Shown piece by piece: positions 45,986 through 58,350 of a stretch of 64,000 nt of DNA; within the stretch, counting starts at the first letter, position 1; each line of letters opens with the position of its first letter. The notes under the pieces were generated by a model, which had not been told where the DNA came from, did no database searches, and worked only from the letters and a program-made list of their open reading frames with translations. This stretch comes from Takakia lepidozioides (Eukaryota; Plantae; Bryophyta), in assembly GCA_030704615.1 (NCBI GenBank), contig CM060734.1, positions 11,532,001 through 11,596,000 of the forward strand, written 5' to 3'. The position numbers and the translations under genes were made by a program.

Positions 45986-46713
45986 TGTCGCGGCCCTTTG
46001 CCTTGAGGGCAGGGGGTCGGGACACATGAGGGGCTGCCCCTGTGGTGGGGGCAGCGGCAGCGATAGGTATGGGGGGCTGAAGCACCCTTGAGTGCCCAAG
46101 GCACTCAGGGAAGCGGAGGCGCTCACTAGGTGGAAGCCCCGCACACCGGGTTGCGGTGGGGGTGGCTCCACAAGGGGTGGTGGTAGCTTAGCGGGACTTA
46201 GTGGGGGTGGCATAGGACTCACCATGGGGGCGGAGACCTCGTGGTGGGAGTCGTGGGGAGTTTTGGAACTCATCACGGTCCATAGGGGCCGTGGTGAGCG
46301 GGCCAAGACTCACCGCGACTCATCACCGGGAGTCGAGGGTTTTCGTGGTGGTTCGCCATAAAATGGCATGGCTGGTTGTGGAACCCCCGCGGACAGCTAC
46401 AGAAGTATATATAGGGAGTAGTAACCCCGAGAACGGTGCAAGCCCGTTGGTGACCAAAAACTAGTGAGTAAGCGAGCGAGCCGGAAAGCGACCAAAGAGT
46501 GGGGAGCTGTTCCGGACTGCCATCTACCAAAGGGAATTCTCCTAGTCCCAATTAGGTGGAGGGTTTAGAGGGAAGCGAAGGGGGGACCGTTATGTCCCGG
46601 TGAGCAGCCGAAGCTCCAAGTTGGCCCGGGCGGCCAGGTTGGGAGTCAGGCGCGCGCATCAAAGCGAGTAACTATGACTTGAAGGGGAGCTTACCGAAGT
46701 GAGGTGCGCGACA
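45986..46713 (+). repeat. 5' LTR (728 bp)
   Basis: Near-identical to 52250-52980; TG...CA ends with a 7-bp terminal inverted repeat. Confidence 0.95.
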
Positions 46714-46715
46714 CT

Positions 46716-46727
46716 TGGTATCAGAGC
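46716..46727 (+). promoter_or_regulatory. Primer-binding site for initiator tRNA-Met
   Basis: TGGTATCAGAGC 2 nt after the 5' LTR. Confidence 0.93.
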
Positions 46728-49700
46728 TTAGAGTTCAGTACGCGATCGTCCTTGGGATTGGCCTCATCATGGGGTCGGGCAAGCCGAAGCGAAAGCGGAA
46801 CGGCCCAAAAGATGATGATCCCGGTGAGCCCGATGGGGGCGACGTGTCACCGAGGCGGCCGTTTGAGGAAGCGATGCATGTTTCCGAAAACGAGGCCGCT
46901 CAAGAGCGGGAGGAATCCGAGGAGTCGGAGCCCGAGGAATCCTTGAGAGCTTCGACAAACCAAGAGATGCCTCCCATGCCGGCAGCCTTTTGGAAGGGTT
47001 GTTGGCGCAGTTTGGCGGGACGTTAAAAGACGTGTTGAAGGCGGCTAATGCCACTTCCACTAAGGCAAAGTTTAAGGTGAAGCCTAAGGAACCCGGCACC
47101 TTCGAGGGCGTCCGAAATCGGAAGGCACTCAACACCTGGCTCCTGGAGCTAGAGCAGTACTTCCGGGCGGCCAAGTTGAGTGACGAGGATCGGGTGGAAG
47201 TGGCTCCCACCTATTTGAGAGGGCTATGCTCAACAATGGTGGCAGAAACGCCTTCACGACCGAGGTCCAAGCCCGGAAACCTTGAACTGGAGTGGGTTCA
47301 AGGAATTGATGAAGAGACAGTTTGTGCCCCTCAACGCGTCCTGGCTTGCCCGGGACAAGATGAGGAATTTGAAGCAAACAGATGACATTCGGGGGTATGT
47401 CCAGGCTTTCAATGTGCTGTTGCTCGAAGTCGCGGACATGGCAGAACCAGAAATGGTCTTCAACTTTGTGGCGGGACTGGCCCCATGGGCCAGGCGGAAG
47501 TTGGAGGAGAAGCCACCCAAGACTTTGAACGAGGCAATTGAGAGGGCTGAATGTTTCTCGGATGTCCCTAGGGGTGAGAGACAAGGCCGTACGGAGCTGA
47601 ACCACAAGAAGACCCGGCGGGAAGGTGACTCCTTCCGACCGGAAAAGAAGTGGGATAGGCCACGCGGCGACAATGGCACGTGGAAATCGAAGGGAGGGCC
47701 TTCACACGTCAAGGCGGCACCCGGTGCTTCGAAAGGAAAAGCGGGTGGAGCGGCTTATGGCGGACAGAAGGCGACCTTTGATGGAGTGTGTTTCAATTGC
47801 GGGAGCCCGGGCACATGGCCAAGAAGTGCACGAAGCCCCGGCAATTGAACATGACTCGGGCGACCACGGAGCTGTCGGAAGATACCATCAGTCGCTTGGT
47901 GGAAGCGGTGGTCGCCAGGACTTGCAAGGTAGGCAAATTTTCTTGTGAGTTGTATCAGGAAACTGGCGCCTTACGAAAAGGGAGTCAGTTATTGTTCGTG
48001 GATGGGATAATATCCGGAACTAATGTGTCGTTGTTGGTGGACACAGGAGCGTCGCACTCCTTCATGACACCGGCAACGGCACAAAAGCTGGGACTCCCGA
48101 CAAGTGACGTGGGGGCCTCTATTGAGGTGCGTTCTGCCAAAGGAGAACCACAGTTGGCGACAAGGTTGGCGATTGATGTTCCCCTTCAACTGGGGAGTTG
48201 GGAGGGACGTGAGAACTTCACCATCTGCGAGATCGATGGAGTGGATCTCATTTTGGGGATGACCTTTTTGAGCAAATCCGGAGCGGTCATAGATGGCCGC
48301 AAGAGAGTAGTCACGCTGCCATGTGGGAATGGTGGCGAGGTTTTACGAGTGTCAGAAACGCCAAATCCGTGGGAGGGCGAATAAACCTTCTGTCAGCAAA
48401 GGAGTGGGCCGTGGAGGAGGCACACGGCCCCAGTTTTTGCTTTACATTAGAGAAGTGAAAGGAGAAGGCGATGGGGAGCCGAGCCCAGATTGGATCAAGG
48501 GGATTTTGGAGAAATACCAGGATGTGATGCCGGAGGATTTACCAAGCGGCTTGCCACCGCGAAAGGAGTTGACCACAAGATTGAGGTGATACCGGGATCG
48601 GAACCGCCTGCCAAGGCGCCCTACCGGTTGAGCCACAGAGAGTTGGTCGAGCTGAAGACTCAGCTCAAGGATCTAATGTCAAAGGGGTACATCCGGCGAG
48701 TAAGTCACCTTACGGAGCCCCGGTGCTATTTGCAGACAAGAAGGATGGGACGCTGCGGATGTGTGTCGATTACAGGGCTCTGAATAAGGTGACTATAAAA
48801 AACCGGTACCCTTTGCCAAGGATCGACGACCTCTTCGATCGGTTGGCAGGAGCGAAGTATTTCAGCCGGATCGACTTGCGCTCCGGCTATCACCAATTCG
48901 GGTGGCGGAAGGAGATGAGGAGAAGACCGCGTGCAGGACAAGGTATGGTTCATATGAGTTCTTGGTGATGCCTTTTGGGCTCACCAATGCACCAGCGACA
49001 TTTAGCACGCTGATGAACAGCCTTTTCCAGGAGTGGTTGGATGACTTTGTGATTGTGTACATCGACGACATCTTGGTGTACTCGAAAACAAAGGAGGAGC
49101 ACCTGGAGCACCTCAAAAGGGTGTTCCAAAAATTGCGGGAATGGAAGCTATGTATGCCAAAGCTTCAAAGTGCGAATTCGGGGTCACAAAAGTGGAGTTC
49201 CTGGGGCATGTGATTACACAAGATGGGATCAAAATGGATGAACAGAAAGGTGAGGGCGATTTGGACTGGGAGCCTCCGACTTCGGTCCCGGGAGTGCGAT
49301 CCTTCCTAGGACTCGCCTCCTATTACCGAAAGTATGTGAGAAATTTCGCCAAGATCGCGGGGCCGCTGTCGGACCTTCTGTGTAAATCCAAAGTCTGGGT
49401 ATGGAACACATTTGTGGCCAAGCTTTTGCTGAATTGAAGCAGCGGATGGCGGAAGCTCCAGTCTTGAAAATCCCGGAGTTCGATCGTCCGTTTGAGATTC
49501 ATACAGATGCATCGGACTTCGCGATTGGGGGTGTGTACTTATGCAAGATGGACGTCCAGTGGCTTATGAAAGTAAGAAACTGAATGAAGTGGAGCGACGG
49601 TGGCCGACGCACGAAAAAGAGATGAAGGCGGTGGTGCATTGTCTTGAGCTCTGGCGCCACTATGTTGGTTCCAACCCAGTGAAGGTGTTCACGGACAATG

Positions 49701-52249
49701 TCACGGTGGTGAAGTATTTTGCCACGCAGCCCAAGTTGTCCCCAAAACAACTTAGGTGGCAAGATACTTGGCAGTGTTCGACGTGGATATCCAGTACAAA
49801 CCGGGACGGGACAATGTGGTGGCCGATGCTTTAAGTAGAAAGCAGCAGCTCTTGTTGGTGTACAAGGGCGAGACGGCGCTCCAAAGGAAGATCCGGAAGG
49901 CTTGCCGGAAGGATGAGCTGGCAAAGTCCGTGATGCAGGACTTGAGGACGGGGGTTAAATCGCAGTTCCACTTGCAAAATGGACTGCTCCGGTATAAGCA
50001 AAAATGTCTCTACGTGCCGAAGGGAGAGATCAGGATAGCCTCTTGAGAGAATGCCATGATAGCCCGCTTGCGGGCCACGGCGGAGCCAAGCGCACTGCGG
50101 CACTCTTGAAGAAAGAGTATTTCTGGCCCAAACTGAGGGAGGAGGCAGAGGAGTAAGTCAAGACATGCACCACATGCCAACAAACCGGAGCGAGTACAAA
50201 AAGCAAGCGGGGCTGTTACAACCCCTTGCCGATTCCAGAGGGGACTTGGGAAAGCGTCTCGATGGATTTCATGACTGCTATGCCGCTGTCAAAAGGATTC
50301 GATGCAATCATGGTGGTGGTGGATAGGTTCAGTAAAATGGGCCATTTCATCCCCACCAAGGAGACGGCAACGGCGCAGGAGACAGGGCGACTTTACTTCG
50401 CCACGTCTTAAAGCATCATGGAGTCCCGAAGGATATTGTCTCGGATCGCGATCCAAAGTTTACGAGTAAATTTTGGAGGACACTTTGGAAGAAGATGGGG
50501 ATGAGGCTGAAGATGAGCACCGCCTTCCGACCTACGACGGACGGCCAAACGAAAAGAGTGAATTCCGTAGTGAAGCAATTCTTGCGGAATTACGTGTCGG
50601 CAGACCAATCAGACTGGATGGAACACTTAGACGCGGCAGAGTTCTGTTATAATAACACAGAACACTCCGCAACGGGAGTTTCCCCTTTCGTATTGGTCTA
50701 TGGAAAAGCACCTCTGGTGCCGACAAGTTGGGCCGCCCAGGACATTGAGGAACGGCAGTAGCGGCGGCGGTACTGGAAGAACGCGAGCGTTTGTTGAAGC
50801 TCGCAAAGTACAACATTGCCAAAGCTAGGAAACGGAAACGGTATGAAAGGCAGGCGAATCGGAAGCGGAGGGAAGTGAAGTTTGAGGCAGGCACAGAGGT
50901 CTGGTTGAACGTCAAGAATTTTCGACTACCTCCGGAAGTGAGTCCGAAGTTGTACCTCCGTATGCGGGACCCTTCGCATTCGGAAGGTTATGAATGAGGA
51001 TGTGTATGAATTGGAGCGCCGGCAAACAGCAAGGTGCACCAGTATTCCATGTCTCCTTTTGAAGCCTTACTTCAAAGATGAAGCGCGTCCGAATCGACAT
51101 CAAGTGTTGCGTCCGCCATCTATGCTGTTGGATCATGAAAATGAACCTGAGTACGAGGTGGAGGCAATACTTAAGTCGAGGAGGTTTCAAGAACCGAGAA
51201 ACGGAGTAAGTCTCGTCAAATGGAAGGGCTATCATCATGTGGAGGCATCTTGGGTGCGTGCCTCAGAAAAGGGGAAACGCATCCGAGGCGGTTGCAGCTT
51301 TCGAAGGGCGACCTCAAAAGCGGAAGAAACGTTGATGGGGACATCAACCTTGGAGCGTGGGGGAGGAAATGCATGCTTAGCCCGGCTTAGCTAGCTTAGG
51401 AATCCGATTACAAAAACTTGTATTGTAAAAAATTTGTTATAAAGGAAATGGGTTCCAAATGTTGTGCGTCCTATTTTGTTTGGAATGGTGATGCATGGTA
51501 TGGTTGGCTAGTGTGTAGAATGCATGCTAGCTTATAAAAGTGGGAGAGGTAAATTGGGTTAATCGTGTGTTTGCGTAGTGCCGTAGTGCCAAATCGGGTG
51601 ACCCCCATCCAAGGGGCAAGGAAACTTGCGACTTCTTTGGGAGTTCACGTGCTAGTGCGCACCTGGCGCGTGCGCGTACTATAACTGTGCTACCGAGGGG
51701 GTTGCCTTGTAGTGCGGGCTAACGCGGGAAGCTACGTGCTTCCGTTCACGTACTATAATCGTGTAGCCTCGGGACGAAGTCGTAGTGCGGCTTCGGCGTG
51801 TTCCCGTACCTCAGGCCAGCATTCCAAGGCGGACCCAATTGTAGTGATTGGGGCGCACGGTTGGTTCAAGGTTATCTTCCTAGTCAAAGAGGGTTCCAGG
51901 TGAACCCTTGCTCAAGGTGATGCCAAAAGCGGCATCATGAGCGATCGCAAGCAATGTTGTTGCAGTAAGGCGATTCGATCCTCGGGGAGGATCGTTCCTT
52001 GGCCTTGAAGTAGGCCAAGAAGAGTGCACTGGGAGGAGCTGGAGAGGCTCCACCCTTGGCCGGGACTTGGAGGAAGTCGGCCGAACTAGCTAGTGGAGAG
52101 TAGAGTCAAGTGTGGGGTTTGGTTCTTTGCCATGGGACGCCATGGTGCGGAAACAAACTCCTTGATGTGGACGCCACACAACTTGGATGTTCGTTTCTAC
52201 AAAATTGACAAGTCGATGAGGACATCGACTCCCTGTTGGTAGGGGTGTG

Positions 52250-52980
52250 TGTCGCGGCCCTTTGCCTTGAGGGCAGGGGGTCGGGACACATGGGGGGCTG
52301 CCCCTGTGGTGGGGGCAGCGGCAGCGGCAGCGATAGGTATGGGGGGCTGAAGCACCCTTGAGTGCCCAAGGCACTCAGGGAAGCGGAGGCGCTCACTAGG
52401 TGGAAGCCCCGCACACCGGTTGCGGTGGGGGTGGCTCCACAAGGGGTGGTGGTAGCTTAGCGGGACTTAGTGGGGGTGGCATAGGACTCACCATGGGGGC
52501 GGAGACCTCGTGGTGGGAGTCGTGGGGAGTTTTGGAACTCATCACGGTCCATAGGGGCCGTGGTGAGGGGCCAAGACTCACCGCGACTCATCACCGGGAG
52601 TCGAGGGTTTTCGTGGTGGTTCGCCATAAAATGGCATGGCTGGTTGTGGAACCCCGCGGATAGCTACAGAAGTATATATAGGGAGTAGTAACCCGAGAAC
52701 GGTGCAAGCCCGTTGGTGACCAAAAACTAGTGAGTAAGCGAGCGAGCCGGAAAGCGACCAAAGAGTGGGGAGCTGTTCCGGACTGCCATCTACCAAAGGG
52801 AATTCTCCTAGTCTCAATTAGGTGGAGGGTTTAGAGGGAAGCGAAGGGGGGGACCGTTATGTCCCGGTGAGCAGCCGAAGCTCCAAGTGGGCCCGGGCGG
52901 CCAGGTTGGGAGTCAGGCGCGCGCATCAAAGCGAGTAACTATGACTTGAAGGGGAGCTTACCGAAGTGAGGTGCGCGACA
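52250..52980 (+). repeat. 3' LTR (731 bp)
   Basis: Preceded by the purine-rich TTGGTAGGGGTGTG; matches the 5' LTR. Confidence 0.95.
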
Positions 52981-53760
52981 CACCACCTCCTTAAGGCCAA
53001 AACAGTACCTAGCTTAATAATAAGGTCCAGATGATGGGCTTCAAGAGACAGGCCTACCAGGGCAAAATGCTCCATCAAAGGCAGCAAAACATAAGTCAAA
53101 AGTAAGCATCAGCATGCCAAACCAGGAGCAAACGGGCCGTAATCGAGGCTGCAGGGAGCAGCCAGGTCAAGACGCCATACACTATAGGCTCCCTTTGCCC
53201 ACATCCATATCTGCAAGCTCAAGAGAATTCAAAGCAAGTAGGGATCCTCACCTGGTCCCATCACAAGCCCCCACAAAAACCAACAGGTTAGTCAGGATTG
53301 TGGAACCCCAGGTGAATCACAGACCCCTATGCTTGTCATCGATGTCAACTGATAACCTCAAAAGCGAGAGAGAAAGACATAAAACAAAAGGAACCCTAAT
53401 CACCAAAAGCACCTTGAGCGATTGGGGAAGAGAACTGTGCGCCATCACCACCAGCAACCCACCTCCACCAAAGCAAAGGAGAAGTGAAACATACAAGCAC
53501 ACTTGCTAGGTTTAAAAAGGGAGAGAGAGATACTTCCCCACACAAGCGCCGCTGCAAAAATTAAAAGCCAGAGGAGGGAAAGAGACGATGCATTCACAGC
53601 ATTGTCTCCCGCCTGTAAAAAAAAACAAAGCGCCGCCATTGCGCATCCCCAGGAGATCGCCCAGCACGGGTACGATGCAGCAAACAGGGTAGCAGCAAAA
53701 CACAGACGCCATAACGTTCTTCCCGCGAGCTCAGAAGCACTGCTCGTGCTTCTGACGGCG

Positions 53761-54730
53761 GGAGTGATATCCTAGGGCTCTTGCCCGATTTTTCATCCGT
53801 GCAGGATGAATAATCAACACCACATCCTTTAAAACCCAACGGATTTTATCCGTAGCTAGGTTAAACGGTAGGTTTTAGGGTAGGGGTTAGGGTTTCACAC
53901 CTTAACTAACCATAATTAAGGGTAATCAATATCAGTCCAAGGCCATCAAAAGCTGTACACTTCATCCGGTTCAGATGAAAAAAAATTATTGAGTTCATCC
54001 GTTGGAAAAAGTCCAGCAGTAGGATGAAAAAACAGGAAATAACATCCAAGGCATCGGTTTTACATCCTTACAGGTAATTCCACATCCCAAAAATGTCTCA
54101 TCCGGCTCGAAGGCCGCAATGAACCTTGCGTTGATGCAAGGTTGATTGGCAGATCCACAAATGTTAAGTGTAACTTGTAAAAGCAATAAAAGAGGAATAA
54201 AAATATATATATCCTGGCATTTTTCATCCGGTATGGATGGAAAAATAGGATGCCAGTGGCAACCCCCACAGAGGTAATTCCTCATTCTCTGGTGACTCAT
54301 CCGGTATGGATGAAAGTCAATAAAAGAGGAATGAAAAATCAATCGGACATTCGATGAACAGACGTGGGACACTGACTCCAGCAATGCCTCCATTTCCTTC
54401 TTATCGAGAGGAACTCTGTTGGAGCCATCTTCCGACATAATTCTGGCCAATGTCATCTTATGGGCGGCCTGCATGCAGCTGTATCTGTTTGGGTTTGGCA
54501 CCAGGTCTCAACTTAACCTCCTCCTGAATGAGCTGCTCTGCCTCGTGGGCAGCCTCTCGCGAGTTCCCCCTCGCCAATTTGTGACAATGCACACCAACGT
54601 GTATGCAAGCTCGTGTGAGGTCAGGGAAACGGCAACACATGAATGCTTGGTTGTTCTTTGCAATGCGCACACTTAAATGTGGTATTGGGAACATTTTCCT
54701 GAGCTCAAAATGGTTGATGAGCTGTGCCTG
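53761..54730 (-). mobile_element. DNA-transposon end with TTCATCC-N5-GGATGAA palindromes plus a transposase-like remnant (possible GCM/WRKY-type finger)
   Basis: About 8 full or half palindromes in 53790-54315. Frameshifted protein PDLTRACIHVGVHCHKLARG...LIQEEVKLRPGAKPKQIQL...SSNVR. Confidence 0.5.
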
Positions 54731-54821
54731 TCCAATCCGTCTCGTTCCTGTGACCTCTGGATTTAAAGTGGAAGCAAGTTGGGGAGAAACACACTACAAG
54801 GAATAGGTGCTTTTTGCACCC

Positions 54822-54990
54822 GATTGTCCAACACTCCCTTTGCATCCTCGATGCTCCCACATTTTGCATACATGTTCATCAGAGCAGTGTCCAGAACAAC
54901 ATCTGGTACGATTCCAACTTCGACAATGTCGGCATGCACCTCTTTGCCCTTTTGCAGGGCTGTCAGGATCACACACGCATTGCAAACACA
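54822..54990 (-). pseudogene. Inverted PPR fragment
   Basis: CNAC..LTALQKGKEVHADIVEVGIVPDVVLDTALMNMYAKCGSIEDAKGV, the same family as the 55-62 kb arrays. Confidence 0.85.
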
Positions 54991-55424
54991 GTACATGAAG
55001 GAAGGGAAGAAGAAATGGAGGTCTCGTTTGCCGAGCAGGAGTGACTTGAAAATCTCGCTAAGTCCTCGGCCCCCTCACTGCGACTTACGGAGCTCACAAC
55101 CCGAGCTCCCTATCAATTGTCCCGCTGGCAATTTGACGCGTGTCATTGTAATTTCACAATAATGCCATATTGGTTACAATTGATAAAAATTGTCCCCGGG
55201 GGGTCCAACCCGCAGTCGTCAACACGACTACAAATTCCATTAATATAAGTTTCCGAATTTTGGAAATCAGCCTATAAATCGGCGTGAAACCCGGAGTTCA
55301 CTTTTGCGACTTGTATACTCCAACCTTTATGCCAGCGTGGCATAAAAACGACTGCGACGACTGGCAAGTCGTCGTTCACAACCTAGAGTCCCACGCGCAG
55401 TCGTTTCGGACAGAATCGCAACCT

Positions 55425-57795
55425 GCAAAATGTGGGTGCATCTAGGATGCAAAGGGAGTGTTCGACACTATGGCTGAACCAGATGTGGTGTCGTGGAGTG
55501 TGATGATTCCAGGGTATGCACAGCAGGGACGTGGGATGGAGGCTTTGGAGACCTATGAGCGAATGATGGGGGAAGCACATCATGTTTGTGTGCATTTGCA
55601 ATGCTTGTGCAAGCCGCAGCTATGGAAAAGGGGAAAGAGGTCCATGTGGTGACATCTTTAGAGCTGGAATTGTACTAGATGTCATTCTGAACAATACCCT
55701 AGTGGACATGTTTGCAAAATGTGGGTGCATCTAGGATGCAAAGGGAGTGTTCGACACTATGGCTGAACGAGATGTGGTGTTGTGGAGTGCCATGCTTGCA
55801 GGGTATGCACAACAGGGACGTGGGATGGAGGATTGGGAGACTTATGAGCAAATGATGGGGGAAGCACATCATGTTTTGTGTGCATTTGCAATGCTTGTGC
55901 AAGCCTAGCAGCCTTGGAGAAGGGCAAAGAATATCATCAAAGCTGGAATGGTACCAAATGTCATTCTAAACACTGCCCTGGCAGCTCTGGAAAAGTGGGA
56001 AGAGGTGCATGGCGACATCTTCAGAGCTGGAATTGTACCAGATGTCATTCCGAACCATACCCTAGTGGACATGTTTGCAAAATGTGGGTGCATCTAGGAT
56101 GCAAAGGGAGTGTTCAACACTATGGCTGAACAGGATGTGGCGTCGTGCAAGCCTGGCAGCCCTAGAGAAGGGCAAAGAGGTGCATGGGGATATCGTCAAA
56201 GCTGGAATTGTACCAAATGTCATTCGAAACACTACCCTGGCAGCTCTGGAAAAGGGGAAAGAGGTCCATGGCGACATCTTCAGAGCTGGAATTGTACCAG
56301 ATGTCATTATGAACAATACCCTGGTGGACATGTTTGCAAAATGTGGGTGCATCTTAGGATGCAAAGGGAGTGTTCGACACTATGGCTGAACCAGATGTGG
56401 TGTCATAGAGTGCGATGCTTGCAGGGTATGCACAGCAGGGACGTGGGATGGAGGTTTTGGAGACCTATGAGCGAATGATGGGGGAAGCACATCATGTTTG
56501 TGTGCATTTTCAATGCTTGTGCAAGCTTGGCAGCCCTGGAGAAGGGCAAAGAGGTGCATGGGGATATCATCAAAGCTGGAATTGTACCAAATGTCAATAT
56601 GAACACTACCCTGGCAGCTCTGGAAAAGGGGAAAGAGGCCCATGGCGACATCTTCAGAGCTGGAATTTTTGTTAGATGTCATTCTGAACAAGACCCTGGT
56701 GGACATGTTTGCAAAATGTGGGTGCATCGAGGATGCAAAGGGAGTGATCAACACTATGGCTGAACGAGATGTTGTGTCGTGGAGTGCAATGCTTGCCGGG
56801 TCTGCACAGCAGGGACATGGGATGGAGGCTTTGGAGACCTATGAGCAAATGATGTGCGACGCGGTGAAGCCCGGTCCCACATCATGTTTATGTGCGTTTG
56901 CAGTGCGCGTGCAAGCCTGGCAGCCCTGGAAAAGGGCGAAGAGGTGCATGGCGACATCGTCAGAGCTGGAATTGTACCAGATGTGATCCTGAACACTGCC
57001 CTAGTGGACATGTATACCAAATGTGGGTGCATGGAGGATGCAAAGGGAGTGTTCGACAATATGGCTGAACGAGATGTGGTGTCATGGAATGCGATGATCG
57101 CAAGATATGCACATCATGGTTGTCATAGGGAGGTCGTGCAACTATTTGAAGGAATGCAAAAGAACGGCTTGAAGCCGAGCAATATCACCTTTATATGTGT
57201 TCTCTCTGCATGCAGCCACACTGGCCTACTGAATGAAGGAAGACGCTACTTTGATTCCCTGAGTCAAGATCATGGTGTCACTCCGACAGTAAAGCACTTT
57301 GGCTGCATGGTGGACCTTCTTGGACGTGAGGGACAACCGGATGAGGCAGCGGACATGATTAATAAAATGCCCATAAATCCAAGTGTTGTGGTGTGGAAGG
57401 CCTTGCCTGGTGCCTGCAGAATCCATGGCAATGTGGAGATGGCTGAACGTGCAGCAACATCTACCTTCATGTGCGCTGAACAGGATGCCGCGACTTATGT
57501 ATTGCTCTCAATCATCTATGCTGCAGCTGGCAGGTGGGATGATACTGCAAAGGTGATAAGAATGATGAAGGTCGAAGAGGTTAGAAACGAGCCAAGTTGC
57601 TGCTGCATTGAGGTTGGCAACAGGGTGCATACCTTCGTTGTAGATGACAAGTTGCATCCCAGAATTAAGGAAATCCATGCTGAGTTGAGAAGATTGGCTA
57701 GGAAGATGAAGGAGGCGGGGTATGTGCCTGACAGACGCTTCATATTTTCTCTTTGCCACCACAGTGAGAAGCTGGCCATTGGTTTTGGCATATCC
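55425..57795 (+). pseudogene. PLS-class PPR-E-DYW RNA-editing-factor pseudogene with tandemly amplified PPR units and a truncated DYW domain
   Basis: Repeated P-L-S units with stops and frameshifts. ORF 56854..57828 has SACSHTGL, CMVDLLGR, ACRIHGN, YVLLS.IYA, PG-box-like EPSCCCIEV, GYVPD and HSEKLA, then similarity breaks. Confidence 0.92.
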
Positions 57796-58350
57796 ACGGG
57801 AAATGATAGTGGGGTCTACCCAACATAGGTGGGAAGTCGGCCCATAATTGCACTTGACTGAAGGGGTGATATTGGACTGACTTTGGTGACAGTGGATGGA
57901 ATGAGAGTGATGTCCTAATTCTGGGTTTGGGTGGTATGGCTGAACGAGATGTGGTGTCATGTTTGCTGCATGAATTCTAGGCTGTCATTGTCAGTTGCTA
58001 GCAACAAGGGGATGTATGCATGATTTGTGCAGAGGCATGGATAGCTGAAGGAGCAGGGATGGAGTGTGGGTTTTGATTCATCCAAGACACTAGAAGAGAA
58101 ACCGGCTTTTTCCACGGCTCTGCCATCTCACACCTGGCACATTCCACGGCTTTTATCACGGGTCTGTAGACTGAGCCAAGGTGTGGGTCTAAATATGCCC
58201 TAATTGTGGGGTGTCTCACATGTGGTCCACACCCTAGGCAAGAACGGTGTGAAAACAGCCATGACCGTGGCAGGGGTTGGCTTAGTTTACATGGCATGTT
58301 ACACACCTGTGTGAAATGGGACCATACAATTATTTCCACTAATTGTGGTG
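57793..58350. repeat. CCAC-N5/6-GTGG palindrome-rich repeat, related in inverted orientation to 63540-64000
   Basis: GGCTTTTTCCACGG (~58105) is the reverse complement of CCGTGGAAAAAGCC (~63917); shared CCACTAATTGTGG-type dyads. Confidence 0.6.

Larger units (their letters stand above)
45986..52980 (+). mobile_element. Full-length Ty3/gypsy chromovirus LTR retrotransposon (gag, protease, RT, RNase H, integrase, chromodomain) with many frameshifts
   Basis: Paired LTRs TGTCGCG...CGCGACA; flanks CACCT/CACCA; PBS; CFNC zinc knuckle, [46 protein letters not shown] and chromodomain YEVEAIL...LVKWKGY...SW. Confidence 0.96.

Noticed and set aside
45980-46551. Pro/Gly-rich ORFs inside the LTRs
   Set aside because: Products of GC-rich LTR sequence; frames are not preserved between the two LTRs.
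53869-53895. Interstitial telomere (also 31907-31925)
   Set aside because: Only 3-4 imperfect units; better explained as part of transposon ends.
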